The notes beneath the pieces were generated by a model. The model did no database searches and had not been told where the DNA came from. It was given only the letters and a program-made list of their open reading frames with translations. Made by a program: the position numbers and the translations under genes. 17,402 nt of DNA, taken from the NCBI GenBank assembly GCA_963822945.1, contig CAWGJO010000005.1:1-17402 (forward strand). The letters run 5' to 3'. Of the stretch, positions 1 to 12,289 are shown piece after piece; within the stretch, counting starts at the first letter, position 1; every line of letters starts with the position of its first letter. Origin of the DNA: an uncultured Gemmatimonadaceae bacterium. GTDB lineage: Bacteria > Gemmatimonadota > Gemmatimonadetes > Gemmatimonadales > Gemmatimonadaceae.

Positions 1-1
1 A

Positions 2-256
2 CACATTCCGGGATCTGAAAACGTCCCGAACGACGCGCCGGACTTCACCACGCGGGTGGAGCAACTGGCCGGATCGAAGACGCGGCCGATGGTGGTGCAC
101 TGCGCGAACACCAAGTGCCCGGCGTCCACCGAAGCGGTGAACAAGCTGAACGCCGCCGGGTTCACGAACGTGACCGAGTTTCCGGGCGGCATGGCCGAGT
201 GGAAGACCATGGGCGGCAAGGTGCAGAGCATGAGCACCGCGTCGGCGCACGCCTGA
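2..256 (+). CDS. Rhodanese-like domain protein (5'-truncated by window edge)
   Basis: Frame is open from position 2: HIPGSENVP...VVHCANTKCPAS...GFTNVTEFPGGMAEW. Shows the rhodanese HIPG motif, a Cys active-site loop and the C-terminal GG-x-x-x-W motif. Confidence 0.85.
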   Translation, partial: HIPGSENVPNDAPDFTTRVEQLAGSKTRPMVVHCANTKCPASTEAVNKLNAAGFTNVTEFPGGMAEWKTMGGKVQSMSTASAHA

Positions 257-284
257 CGGGCGCGGCGCCGCAGCCGGCGTGAAT

Positions 285-308
285 GGGGGCCCCTGCGGGG
301 GCCCCTTC
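285..308 (+). terminator. GC-rich hairpin, possible intrinsic terminator
   Basis: GGGGCCCC(286-293)-TGCG-GGGGCCCC(298-305): 8-bp stem with a UNCG-type loop about 30 nt after the rhodanese stop. The U-tract is weak (TTCGCGTAT). Confidence 0.5.
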
Positions 309-430
309 GCGTATGGGCGCCATCCCGTTCGCCGTGGAATGCATGTAGCTTCCACGAGTGCACGGCCCGCCTTCCGGCGCCGGCCGCGCCGGGCCGGCAG
401 GCCCTTCACCATCGATCCCCATCCCGACCC

Positions 431-709
431 ATGTCCGACCGCGACCTTCACTCGTTGCTCACCGAACTGCACCACGGGCTTCAGGATGCGAAGTCGGTGG
501 ACGCCGAGACCCACGCGCTGCTGGAACAGTTGGCGGCGGACATCCGGCCCATCGTCGAGCAGGGCGCGGCGGGTCCGATTGCCGGCGGCAAGGCCTCGGG
601 TCTGCGGGAGCGGCTCGACGCGGCGATGGCGGCCGTGGAGGCGTCGCATCCGCAGTTGGCACAGACCATCGGCCGCGTGGCCGACACGCTCGCGTTCTAC
701 AACCTCTGA
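431..709 (+). CDS. DUF4404-like small helical protein
   Basis: 92 aa, MSDRDLHSLLTELHHGL...LRERLDAAMAAVEASHPQLAQTIGRVADTLAFYNL. The E-x-x-HP-x-L...L pattern resembles DUF4404; GC3-rich codon usage. Confidence 0.75.
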   Translation: MSDRDLHSLLTELHHGLQDAKSVDAETHALLEQLAADIRPIVEQGAAGPIAGGKASGLRERLDAAMAAVEASHPQLAQTIGRVADTLAFYNL

Positions 710-790
710 AGCGGCGATCCGCTATATTTCCTAGATAGGATCTCACCGCCGCGGACGCCCTGGCCGCGACTCGCCCACCGAGGAGCGACC

Positions 791-1243
791 ATGACAGCTC
801 AGCAGGCACTTACCGCCGCGCGGCAGGACTTCATCGCGGCGATCAAGCGCGACACCGCGCCCACCGAATGCCCCCGCTTTCTCGCCGTGCTCGATTCGTT
901 CATCGAGTGGAGCCTGGCGCGGCCCACGCACGTGAAGTTCGACGCCGAGGAGTCGCACGACGGCACGATCGTCTTCTCGCGCGTGGGCTCCAAGTCGAAG
1001 AAGGTGGTGATGTGGGCGGCGTCGCCGCGCAAGCGCGACATGCCGCGCCTGGAGCTGCTGCCGCGCGCCGCGCGCTTTCTGCCCGAGGACGACCGTGCCG
1101 CCGTGGTGGCCACGTTCAACGCGCACGCGCGCGACGAGATGAGCATCGAGGAGCCGCTGCGCATCAATTTCGGCGCGCTCAAGAACAAGACCGCGCGGGC
1201 GGCGGTGCTCGAATGCATGGACCGCCTGCTGGTGGTCACCTGA
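791..1243 (+). CDS. Hypothetical protein (150 aa)
   Basis: GAGGAG RBS at 780-785, ATG start, GC3-biased codons, globular composition. No family recognised. Confidence 0.75.
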   Translation: MTAQQALTAARQDFIAAIKRDTAPTECPRFLAVLDSFIEWSLARPTHVKFDAEESHDGTIVFSRVGSKSKKVVMWAASPRKRDMPRLELLPRAARFLPEDDRAAVVATFNAHARDEMSIEEPLRINFGALKNKTARAAVLECMDRLLVVT

Positions 1244-1291
1244 CCCACGACCGCGCCCCCGGCCGCGCGGTCTGACTCTCGAGGACCCTGC

Positions 1292-2530
1292 GTGCCCTTT
1301 TCCGGATTCAAGCTTCACCCCGGGCTCCTTCGCGGCTTGAAGGATCTCGGTTACGCGCGCCCCACCCAGATCCAGACGGATGCGATTCCGCCGGCGATGG
1401 CGGGGCGCGACCTGCTGGCGTGCGCCATGACGGGCAGCGGCAAGACGGCCGCGTTCCTGCTCCCGATCCTGCACCATCTCATGTCGCGTCCGCGCGGCGC
1501 CACGCGCGCGCTCGTCGTCACGCCGACGCGTGAGCTGGCGGCGCAGATTCTCGAGGATCTCAACGACCTCGCCGTGCACACGCCGATCACCGGCGCCGCC
1601 ATCTACGGCGGCGTGGGGATGGGCCCGCAGGAGCACGCGTTCCGCAGCGGCGTGGACGTGCTCATCGCCACCCCGGGGCGGCTGCTCGATCATTTCCAGC
1701 AGCCGTACGCCAAACTCGCGGGTCTCGAGTACCTGGTGCTCGACGAGGCCGACCGGATGCTCGACATGGGCTTCCTGCCGGAGATCCGGAAGATCCTGCG
1801 CCACCTGCCGGCCAAGCGGCAGACGCTGTTCTTCAGCGCCACCATGCCGCCGCCGATCGCGAAGCTCACGCGCGAGATGCTCCACGATCCGGTGACGCTG
1901 AACGTGGAGCGCCAGTCGGCGCCGGCGGTGGGAATCACGCAGGCGGTCTACCCGGTGAAGCAGGAACTCAAGTCGGCGCTGCTGCTGGCGCTGCTCGAGC
2001 GCGGTGACATGTCGCAGGCGCTCGTGTTCACGCGCACCAAGCACCGCGCCAACCGCCTGTCGGAGTTCCTGGTGAAGCGCGGCATCAAGGCCGAGCGGAT
2101 CCACGGCAACCGGTCGCAGGCGCAGCGCACGGCGGCGCTGGACGGCTTCAAGCGCGGCGTGCACCGCGTGCTGGTGGCCACCGACATCGCGGCGCGCGGC
2201 ATCGACGTGGAGGAACTGGGCCACGTGGTGAACTTCGACGTGCCGAACGTGCCCGAGGACTACATCCACCGGGTGGGGCGCACGGCGCGCGCCGAGGCGA
2301 CGGGCGAGGCGTACACCATGGTGTCGCCGGAGGAGGAGGGCGAGCTGCGGAGCATCGAGCGCGCCATCGGCAAGCGGCTGCCGCGCGTGATCCTGCCCGA
2401 TTTCGACTATGCGGCGCGCACCGACACCAAGTTGGAGATCCCGCTGCAGGAGCGCATCGCCGGCATTCGCGCGCGCAAGGCCGAGGAGCGCAAGCGGGCC
2501 CGCGAGAAGGAAGCGCGCCGCCGGAAATAG
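1292..2530 (+). CDS. DEAD-box ATP-dependent RNA helicase (RhlE-like)
   Basis: Q motif (GY-x-RPTQIQ), AMTGSGKT, PTRELA, TPGRL, DEAD, SAT, ARGID and HRVGRTAR, plus a short basic tail. GAGGA RBS before the GTG start. Confidence 0.96.
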   Translation: MPFSGFKLHPGLLRGLKDLGYARPTQIQTDAIPPAMAGRDLLACAMTGSGKTAAFLLPILHHLMSRPRGATRALVVTPTRELAAQILEDLNDLAVHTPITGAAIYGGVGMGPQEHAFRSGVDVLIATPGRLLDHFQQPYAKLAGLEYLVLDEADRMLDMGFLPEIRKILRHLPAKRQTLFFSATMPPPIAKLTREMLHDPVTLNVERQSAPAVGITQAVYPVKQELKSALLLALLERGDMSQALVFTRTKHRANRLSEFLVKRGIKAERIHGNRSQAQRTAALDGFKRGVHRVLVATDIAARGIDVEELGHVVNFDVPNVPEDYIHRVGRTARAEATGEAYTMVSPEEEGELRSIERAIGKRLPRVILPDFDYAARTDTKLEIPLQERIAGIRARKAEERKRAREKEARRRK

Positions 2531-2546
2531 TGTAGATTCGCGCTCC

Positions 2547-2996
2547 ATGCACGACGCGAACTTCACCATTGCCGTGGACGAGCACCCGTCGGCCGACGAT
2601 CAGCGGGTGGTGCAACAGGGCCTGCGGGCATTCAACGACGCAGTGATCGGCGACGGCAACGAGCGGCCGATCTCGTGCTTCGTGCGCGACGGCGAGGGGC
2701 GCACGATCGGCGGACTGGTGGGGCACATCCGCTGGCGCTGGCTGTACGTGGCCAAGCTCTGGCTGCCGGAATCCACGCGCGGGCAGGGTGTGGGCCGCCG
2801 CGTGATGGCGGCCATCGAGGAGTACGCCTGGTCGCAGGACTGCCTGGGAGTCTACCTGGACACCTTCGAGTACCAGGCGCGGCCGTTCTACGAGAAGCTC
2901 GGCTACGAGGTGTACGGCACGCTCGAGGGCTATCCGCCGGGCTACCGGCAGTACTACTTGCGCAAGGTCCGGCCCGGCGGCAGCATATCCCGATGA
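2547..2996 (+). CDS. GNAT family N-acetyltransferase
   Basis: ATG 2547 (MHDANFTI...). LYVAKLWLPESTRGQGVGRRVM acetyl-CoA motif A and LDTFEYQARPFYEKLGY motif B. Confidence 0.92.
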   Translation: MHDANFTIAVDEHPSADDQRVVQQGLRAFNDAVIGDGNERPISCFVRDGEGRTIGGLVGHIRWRWLYVAKLWLPESTRGQGVGRRVMAAIEEYAWSQDCLGVYLDTFEYQARPFYEKLGYEVYGTLEGYPPGYRQYYLRKVRPGGSISR

Positions 2997-4438
2997 CCAC
3001 TCCCGCCTCGCCGTACCCCGCCGTGCGCCGCGTGACCACTCCGCGGCGCATCGTCGTCTCGTCCCTCGTCGCCGCCGCGCTCTCGATGGCGGCGCCGACG
3101 CTCGCCGCCGCCCAGCAGGCGGTGGACATGGCCAAGCTGCAGGACGAGGCCGTCTCGCGCATCGAGCAGTACATCCGGATCAACACCACCAATCCGCCGG
3201 GCAACGAGGACCAGACGATGAAGTTCTTCGCCCGGATCTTCACGGCGGAGGGCATTCCGTTCGACACGGCGTCGTCGGCGCCGGGCCGGGGCAACGTGTG
3301 GGCGCGGCTCAAGGGCGGCGACCAGCCGGCGCTCGTGCTGCTGAGCCACATGGACGTGGTGCCCGCCGACCGGAAGTACTGGGACGTGGATCCCTTTGCC
3401 GCCACGGTGAAGGACGGCATCCTCTACGGCCGCGGCACGCTCGACACGAAGACGCTGGGCATCGTGGAACTCGAAGCGTTCCTGGCCCTGCACCGCAGCA
3501 AGACGCCGCTCGACCGCGACGTGATCTTCATGGCCACGGCCGACGAGGAGGCGGGGGCCGCGTTCGGCGCCGGGTGGGTGATGGACCACCACCCCGAAGC
3601 GTTCAAGGGCGCCGGCTTCGTGCTCAACGAAGGGGGCGGGGGGAGCGTGGACGACGGACGCGAGCAGTTCGGCATCGAGGTCACGCAGAAGGTGCCCTAC
3701 TGGTTCAAGCTCACGGCCACCGGCACGCCGCGCCATGGCTCGGAGCCGCAGGTGGCCTCGGCGGTGAACCGGCTCATCCGGTCGCTGTACCGGCTGCAGA
3801 CGTACCAGTTCGCGCCGCGCATCATCCCGGCGGTGGACGCGTACTTCAAGGGGCTGGCGCCCACGGCGCCGCCGCAGTGGAAGGCCGCCTTCTCCGACAT
3901 GGCGAAGACGATCAAGAATCCCGACGCGATCCTGCGGCTGCAGACCGAGATGCCCGAGCTGGCGGCGCTCACGCGCAACACCTGCTCGATCACCATCCTC
4001 AAGGGCAGCGAGAAGATCAACGTGATTCCGCCGGAGGCGTCGGCACAGCTCGACTGCCGGTTGCTCCCCGACCAGGACGTGGCCGAGTTCAAGCGGGAGC
4101 TGCGCGACGCGCTGAACGATCCGGGCATCACCATCGACCAGATCCTGGGGTTCACGCCCGCCGTGTCGAGCACCGACAACGCGCTGTACCGCACCATCGT
4201 GCAGGTCACCAAGCAGCACTATCCCAACGCCGCCATCGTGCCGGCCGTGTCCACCGGATTCACCGACAGCCACTTCTTCCGCGACCGCGGCATCGCGAGC
4301 TACGGCTACGCGCCCTTCCTGATTCCGCAGGCCGACGAGTCGGGCGTGCACGGGAACAACGAGCGCATCTCGCTGCAGAACGTGCGCACCGGCACGCAGA
4401 TGATGTACGAGATCGTGCGCGCCATGGTCTCGCACTAG
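2993..4438 (+). CDS. Secreted M20/M25/M40 family metallopeptidase/amidohydrolase
   Basis: ATGA overlap with the GNAT stop. Signal-peptide-like N-terminus (RRIVVSSLVAAALSMAAPTLAAA). Metal-binding motifs SHMDVVPA, GRGTLDTK, ADEEAG, NEGG and HGNNERI. Confidence 0.92.
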   Translation: MTTPASPYPAVRRVTTPRRIVVSSLVAAALSMAAPTLAAAQQAVDMAKLQDEAVSRIEQYIRINTTNPPGNEDQTMKFFARIFTAEGIPFDTASSAPGRGNVWARLKGGDQPALVLLSHMDVVPADRKYWDVDPFAATVKDGILYGRGTLDTKTLGIVELEAFLALHRSKTPLDRDVIFMATADEEAGAAFGAGWVMDHHPEAFKGAGFVLNEGGGGSVDDGREQFGIEVTQKVPYWFKLTATGTPRHGSEPQVASAVNRLIRSLYRLQTYQFAPRIIPAVDAYFKGLAPTAPPQWKAAFSDMAKTIKNPDAILRLQTEMPELAALTRNTCSITILKGSEKINVIPPEASAQLDCRLLPDQDVAEFKRELRDALNDPGITIDQILGFTPAVSSTDNALYRTIVQVTKQHYPNAAIVPAVSTGFTDSHFFRDRGIASYGYAPFLIPQADESGVHGNNERISLQNVRTGTQMMYEIVRAMVSH

Positions 4439-4447
4439 GGGGCGGGC

Positions 4448-5815
4448 ATGCACCGGCGATCCTTTCTCGCGGCCGGCGCCACCGGAATCGGCGCCATGGC
4501 GCTCCACCCGTTGCTCCGTCTGAGCGACGCGGGCGGCGGCCTCTGGGCGACGAGCGTGTTCTCGCCGGCGGCCGAACGCATGGCGTGGTGGCGGGAGGCA
4601 AGGTTCGGACTGTTCCTGCACTGGGGGCTCTACTCCATTCTCGCCGGCGAGTGGAAGGGGCGCACCGACTACGCCGAGTGGATCCGCAACAACGCGCACA
4701 TTCCGCTGGACGTGTACGACCAGCTCGTCCACCGCTTCAACCCCGTGAAGTTCGACGCCGACGCCTGGGTGGGGATGGCGAAGGACGCCGGCATGAAGTA
4801 CGTGACGCTCACCACCAAGCATCACGACGGCTTCTGCCTGTTCGACAACAGGCTCACCGACTTCTGCGTCCGGTCCACGCCCTTCAAGCGCGACATCTGC
4901 ACCGAGATGGCGGCGGCGTCGCGGCGCGCCGGGCTGCACCAGTGCTGGTACCACTCGATCATGGACTGGCACCACCCCGACTATCTGCCGCGGCGCGATT
5001 GGGAGGCGGAGACGCGCCCCGTGGACGGCGCGAAGTACGCGCGCTACGTGCAGTACCTGCACGGGTCGGTGGAGCAGCTGCTCCGGAACTACGGCGACGT
5101 CGGCGTGATGTGGTACGACGGCAACTGGGAGAGCACCTGGACGCACGAGATGGGCCGCGCGCTCTACGATCTGTGCCGCAAGCTCCAGCCCAATGTGATC
5201 GTGAACAATCGCGTGGACGGGTGGTCGCAGTCCAAGATCACCGATCCCCTGGGCGACTTCCGCACGCCCGAGCAGACGATTCCGGCCACCGGGCTGCCCG
5301 GCGTCGACTGGGAATCGTGCATCACGATGAACCACAACTGGGGCTACAACGCCCACGACCACGACTTCAAGTCCACGGCGCAGCTCATCGGGCTGCTGGT
5401 GGAAACGGCGTCGAAGGGCGGCAACCTGCTGCTCAACGTGGGCCCGAAGGCCGACGGCACGTTCCCCGAGGAGAGCGTGGAGCGGCTGGCCGGGATCGGC
5501 CGGTGGATGAAGGTGAACGGCGAGGCGATCTACGGAACCACGGCGTCGCTGTTCGCCAGGGCGCCCTTCCGGTCGACCACCAAGGGAACCCGGGTCCACC
5601 TGTTCGTCACCGACTGGCCCACGGGCACGCTGCCGCTGCCGGGGTTGAAGACCGCGCCCGCACGCGTGACGCTGCTGGCGGATCCCGGCCGTCATCCGGC
5701 GGTCGTGACCGACGCCCAGGGCGGGTTCGGGCTCGCATCGCTCGGCCCGGCGCCCGATGGGGTCTGTTCCGTAATCGCGCTCGACTTCGACCGGACGCCC
5801 GTGGTCGGCGCGTAG
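4448..5815 (+). CDS. Alpha-L-fucosidase (GH29) with Tat signal
   Basis: MHRRSFL twin-arginine signal. [31 protein letters not shown] (nucleophile region), VNNR and [11 protein letters not shown] motifs. Confidence 0.95.
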   Translation: MHRRSFLAAGATGIGAMALHPLLRLSDAGGGLWATSVFSPAAERMAWWREARFGLFLHWGLYSILAGEWKGRTDYAEWIRNNAHIPLDVYDQLVHRFNPVKFDADAWVGMAKDAGMKYVTLTTKHHDGFCLFDNRLTDFCVRSTPFKRDICTEMAAASRRAGLHQCWYHSIMDWHHPDYLPRRDWEAETRPVDGAKYARYVQYLHGSVEQLLRNYGDVGVMWYDGNWESTWTHEMGRALYDLCRKLQPNVIVNNRVDGWSQSKITDPLGDFRTPEQTIPATGLPGVDWESCITMNHNWGYNAHDHDFKSTAQLIGLLVETASKGGNLLLNVGPKADGTFPEESVERLAGIGRWMKVNGEAIYGTTASLFARAPFRSTTKGTRVHLFVTDWPTGTLPLPGLKTAPARVTLLADPGRHPAVVTDAQGGFGLASLGPAPDGVCSVIALDFDRTPVVGA

Positions 5816-5822
5816 GCGCGGC

Positions 5823-7141
5823 ATGCCGACGACGATCACGGGCGTCGAGGCGCTGGACATCCGCTTTCCCACCTCGCGCGGAAAGCACGGCTCCGACGCG
5901 ATGCACACCGATCCCGACTACTCGGCGGCATACGTGATCCTGCATACCGAGCCGCCACGATGGACTGGCCGGGTCACGGACTCACGTTCACGCTGGGCCG
6001 GGGCAACGAGCTGTGCGTGGCCGGCATCCGCGCGCTGGCGCCCCTCGTCGTCGGCCGCACGCTCGAGGACATCCGCGCCGACATGGCCGGCTTCTGGCGC
6101 TCGCTCACCAGCGACTCGCAACTGCGCTGGGTGGGACCCGAGAAGGGCGTGATCCACCTGGCCACCGGCGCGCTGGTCAACGCCGTGTGGGACCTGTGGG
6201 CCAAGGTCGGAGGGAAAGCCGCTCTGGAAGCTGCTGGCCGACCTGACGCCCGAGGCAGCTCGTGGCGTGCATCGACTTCCGCTACATCGACCGACGCGCT
6301 CACGCCGGCGGACGCGCTTGCCATGCTGCGCGACCGCGCGCCGGGGCGGGCCGAGCGCGAAGCGGAGATGCGCCGCGACGGCTACCCGGCGTACACCACG
6401 TCGGCGGGGTGGCTCGGCTACCCCGACGACGAGATCCGGCGGCTGTGCCGCGAGGGAGTCGCGGCGGGATGGTCGCACTTCAAGATCAAGGTCGGCGCCG
6501 ACCGGGCCGACGACGTCCGCCGCGCGGCGCTCGTGCGCGACGGAGATCGGGCCCGACCGCGCGGCTGATGCTCGACGCGAACCAGCGCTGGGGCGTGGAC
6601 CAGGCGATCGCCTGCATGCGCGAACTGGCGCGGTTCGACCCCTGGTGGATCGAGGAGCCGACGAGTCCGGACGACGTGCTCGGGCACGCCGCGATCGCGC
6701 AGGCGGTCGCGCCCATCGGCGTGGCCACGGGCGAGCAGTGTCAGAACCGCGTGATCTTCAAGCAGCTCATGCAGGCCGGGGCGCATGCGCTTCTGCCAGA
6801 TCGACGCCTGCCGGCTGGGCGGCGTGAACGAGGTGCTCGCGGTGCTGCTGCTCGCGGCCAAGTTCGGCGTTCCCGTGTGCCCGCACGCCGGCGGGGTGGG
6901 GCTCTGCGAGTACGTGCAGCACCTGGCGATCTTCGACTACATCGCGGTGAGCGGGTCGCTGGAGAATCGGATCGTGGAGTACGTGGACCATCTGCACGAA
7001 CATTTCGTGGACCCGGTGGTGGTCCGCGCCGGTCGCTACCGGGCGCCGGCCGCGCCCGGCTACAGCATCACGATGAAACCCGAGTCGCTCGCGCGGTACG
7101 CATTTCCCGGTGGGGCGGCATGGAAGGAGGATCAGGGATGA
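5823..7141 (+). pseudogene. fucD: L-fuconate dehydratase (enolase superfamily, FucD/ENOSF1-like), frameshifted as written
   Basis: Pieces in successive frames: [119 protein letters not shown]. About 8 apparent +1 insertions (~5950, 5971, ~6212, 6255, 6289, 6542, 6561, 6784); removing them gives ~436 aa. Confidence 0.88.
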
Positions 7142-7924
7142 GCACGCAACCGTTCGATCTCACCGGCAGGAACGCCGTCGTGACGGGCGGCGCGAGCGGC
7201 ATCGGCCGCGCGATCGCCGAGGTATTCGCGGCGCGCGGCGCGTCGGTTCGGATCCTCGACACGGACGAGGCGGCGGCCGACGGCGTCGTGGCGGAGCTCG
7301 CGGGGGCTGGGGGCAGGGCCACGGCGCACCGGTGCGACGTGTCCGACCAGGCCGATGTGGATCGCGTGTTCGCCGGTCTGCTGCGCGCCGGCCCCGTGGA
7401 CATTCTCGTCAACAACGCCGGCATGTCGCACATCGGAACGGTGGAGAATACCTCGGAAGCCGATTTCGACCGCCTGTTCCGCGTGAACGTGAAGGGCGTG
7501 TACAACTGTACGCGCGCCGCCATCGGCGCCATGAAGGAGCGCGGGCGCGGGGTGATCGTGAACATGGCGTCGATCGCCGCGTCGTCGGGCGTCGCGGACC
7601 GGTTCGCGTACTCGATGACCAAGGGCGCGGTGCTGGCGATGACGTATTCGATTGCCAAGGACTACGCACCGTACGGCGTTCGCTGCGTCTCCATCTCGCC
7701 GGCGCGCATCCACACGCCGTTCGTCGACGGCTTCCTGCGGAAGCACTATCCGGGCCGCGAGGAGGAGATGTTCGGCAAGCTGTCGGCCACGCAGCCCATC
7801 GGCCGCATGGGGAAGCCGCGCGGAGGTCGCCGATCTGGCGCTCTACCTCTGCTCCGACGAGGCGGCGTTCGCCACCGGGACCGACTATCCCCTGGACGGC
7901 GGGTTCCTGCACCTCAACGGATGA
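7138..7924 (+). pseudogene. SDR oxidoreductase, probable 2-keto-3-deoxy-L-fuconate dehydrogenase; one frameshift near 7820
   Basis: ATGA overlap with fuc[20 protein letters not shown] (YxxxK) and QPIGRMG; the C-terminus [28 protein letters not shown] continues in the +1 frame. Substrate inferred from context. Confidence 0.85.
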
Positions 7925-7934
7925 GGGCCGCGTA

Positions 7935-8795
7935 ATGCGACTGATCCGATTCGGCGGTCCGGGGCGGCGAAGCCCCGGCGTGCTGACACCGACGGCCGGC
8001 GCCTCGACGTGCCGGCTTCGGCGAGGACTGGAACGAGGCCTTCTTCGGCACCGACGGCCCGGCCCGGCTGGAGCGTTGGCTGCGGACCGAACGCTGCGCG
8101 TGCCCTGTGGTGGACGCCGGCGCGCGCCTGGGGCCGTGCGTGGCGCGGCCATCCAAGATCGTGTGCATCGGGCTCAACTACTCGGGCCACGCACGTGAGA
8201 CCGGCGCGCAGCGGTTCCGAAGGAGCCGGTGGTCTTCTTCAAGGTCCACCGACGCCTGTGCGGACCCGAACGACGACGTGGTGATTCCGCCCGGCGCGGA
8301 GAAGGTCGACTGGGAGGTGGAGCTGGCGGTGGTGGTGGGTCGGCGCCGGCCCGCTACGTCGCCGAGGCGGACGCCATGGACCACGTAGCAGGTTATGCGC
8401 TGCACAACGACTACAGCGAGCGCGCCTGGCAGATGGAGCACGGCGGTCAGTGGGTGAAGGGGAAGAGCTTCGACACCTTCGCGCCGCTCGGGCCGTTCCT
8501 CGCGACCCGCGACGAGATTCCCGACCCCCATCGCGCTCGAGCCTGTGGCTCGCCGTGAACGGCGAGCGGCTCCAGGACAGCAACACGGCGGATTTCGTCT
8601 TCGGCGTGCCGACGCTGGTGAGCTACCTGAGCCGGTTCATGACCCTCCTGCCCGGGGACGTCATCTCCACGGGCACGCCGGCCGGAGTGGGGCTGGGGCT
8701 TCCGCCGCCCCGCTACCTCCGGCCGGGCGACGTGGTGGAGCTGGGTGTCGAGGGCCTCGGTACCTCCCGGCAGCGGCGTGGCGGCCGGCGCGTGA
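7935..8795 (+). pseudogene. Fumarylacetoacetate hydrolase family protein (probable 2,4-diketo-3-deoxy-L-fuconate hydrolase), multiply frameshifted
   Basis: MRLIRFG, PSKIVCIGLNY, EPVVFFK, DWEVELAVV, NDYSERAWQ, WVKGKSFDTFAPLGP and LLPGDVISTGTPAGVG are spread over all three frames. TGA at 8793-8795 overlaps the next GTG. Confidence 0.85.
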
Positions 8796-9646
8796 GCCCC
8801 GTGCGGATGGACGCCCACCAGCACTTCTGGCGCTACGACGCCGCGCGGGACACGTGGATCACCGATGAGATGGCCGTGCTCCGCCGGGACTTCCTCCCGG
8901 GGGAGCTCGCGTCGGTCTCCTGGCGGCCGGCATGGACGGGTGCGTGGCGGTGCAAGCCGACCCCTCCGAGGACGAGACCCGCTTCCTCCTGGACCTGGCG
9001 GAGCGACGACTTCGTCCGCGGCGTGGTGGGGTGGGTGGACCTGCGCGCGCCCGACGTCGACGCAGCGCGCGGAGCATTGGCGGCGAACCCGCATCTGTGC
9101 GGCATCCGTCATATCGTACAAGCCGAGGCGGACGACTACCTGGTGCGCGACGACGTGTGCGGGGCATCGCGCGGGTCGGCGCGGCCGGCCTCGCCTACGA
9201 CGTGCTGGTGTACGCGCGCCAGCTTCCTGCCGTCCTCGCGCTCGTGGAGCGTCTGCCGGGCAGCGGCTGGTGGTGGACCACATCGCCAAGCCGGAGATCG
9301 CCGCGGGCCTCGTCGAGCCTTGGGCGGGCCACATGCGGGCGCTGGCGGAGCACGACAACGTATGGTGCAAGGTGTCCGGGATGGTCACCGAGGCCGATTG
9401 GACGCGGTGGCGACCGGAGGAGCTGCACGCGTACCTGGACGTGGTGTTCGAGGCGTTCGGCGCCGGGCGGCTTCTTTTCGGCTCGGACTGGCCCGTGTGC
9501 CTGCTGGCGGCGGAGTACGAGGAGCGTGGTCGGCGTGGTGCAGGAGTACGCAGCGCGCCTCGGCGAGGAGGAGCGTGCCGGCGCTGTTCGGTGACAACGC
9601 GCGCCGCTTCTACGGACTCGACGCGCAGGGGGCAGGGAGGACCTAC

Positions 9647-9650
<4 letters not shown>
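8792..9650 (+). pseudogene. Amidohydrolase family protein (probable L-fucono-1,5-lactonase), multiply frameshifted; end approximate
   Basis: DAHQHFW, VAVQAD, GVVGWVDL, GIRHIVQAE, VDHIAKPEI, CKVSGMVTEA, FGSDWPVC and FGDNARRFY motifs spread across frames. Confidence 0.83.
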
Positions 9651-11710
<2,060 letters not shown>

Positions 11711-11732
11711 TTCCCCATATGGACACCCGCCA

Positions 11733-12075
11733 ATGAGCCGTCGATACTGCCTGGCGCTCGATCTCAAGGACGACGCCCGCCTGATTGCGGAGTACGAGCG
11801 CCATCACCAGCGGATCTGGCCGGAGATCAGCCGACAGCATCCGTCGCGCCGGGATTCTGGACATGGAGATCTACCGCACCGGCAACCGTCTGTTCATGGT
11901 GATGGAGGTGGCCGACGACTTCTCGTTCGATGCCAAGGCTGCGGCCGATGCGGCCGATCCCAAGGTGCAGGAGTGGGAAACGCTTATGTCCACGTATCAG
12001 CAGTTGCTGCCGTGGGCCGCGCCTGCCGAGAAGTGGGTGACGATGGAGCGCATCTTCAAGCTGGAAGCGCCGTAG
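11733..12075 (+). pseudogene. L-rhamnose/L-fucose mutarotase (RhaM-like family), one frameshift at ~11829
   Basis: MSRRYCLALDLKDD..LIAEYERHH..IWPEI continues after one extra A as ADSIRRAGILDMEIYRTGNRLFM...VQEWETLM...KWVTMERIFKL. Confidence 0.85.
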
Positions 12076-12216
12076 GGCGAAATGTGCGCCGGGGCACAGA
12101 ATTGACGGCCGGCGCGGTGCACGATGACGGGTCGCGATGCGGCGACCGGGGGCTCAGTTCACACTGGACCCAGAGCGGAAGTCGTATACCGGCAAGAACT
12201 TGCCGGGCTGTCCCGG

Positions 12217-12270
12217 TTCCCGGACACTCCTCTTCGCAACCATTTGGTGGCGGGGAGGGTATGTCGGGAA
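12217..12270 (+). other. Long stem-loop in the leader of the lipoprotein gene
   Basis: TTCCC(G)GACA pairs with TGTCGGGAA, TCCTCTTCGC with GCGGGGAGGG (G-U allowed), and ACC with GGT at the apex. Ends 8 nt before the AGGAGG RBS. Confidence 0.45.
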
Positions 12271-12289
12271 TCAACGGCAGGAGGCCCGC

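Noticed and set aside
710..740. Small palindromes AGCGG-CGAT-CCGCT and TCCTA-GA-TAGGA after the DUF4404-like gene
   Set aside because: Only 5-bp stems; they could be a weak terminator or operator but cannot be told from chance.
3298..5937. 879-aa alternative-frame + strand ORF (and similar ones at 10492, 13334, 15280)
   Set aside because: Off-frame overlaps of real genes, with Arg/Gly/Ala-rich low-information translation.
12191..12203. Sigma-54 promoter (GGCA...TTGC) here and at 14717-14729
   Set aside because: GG-to-GC spacing is 9 nt rather than the strict 10 nt of -24/-12 promoters.
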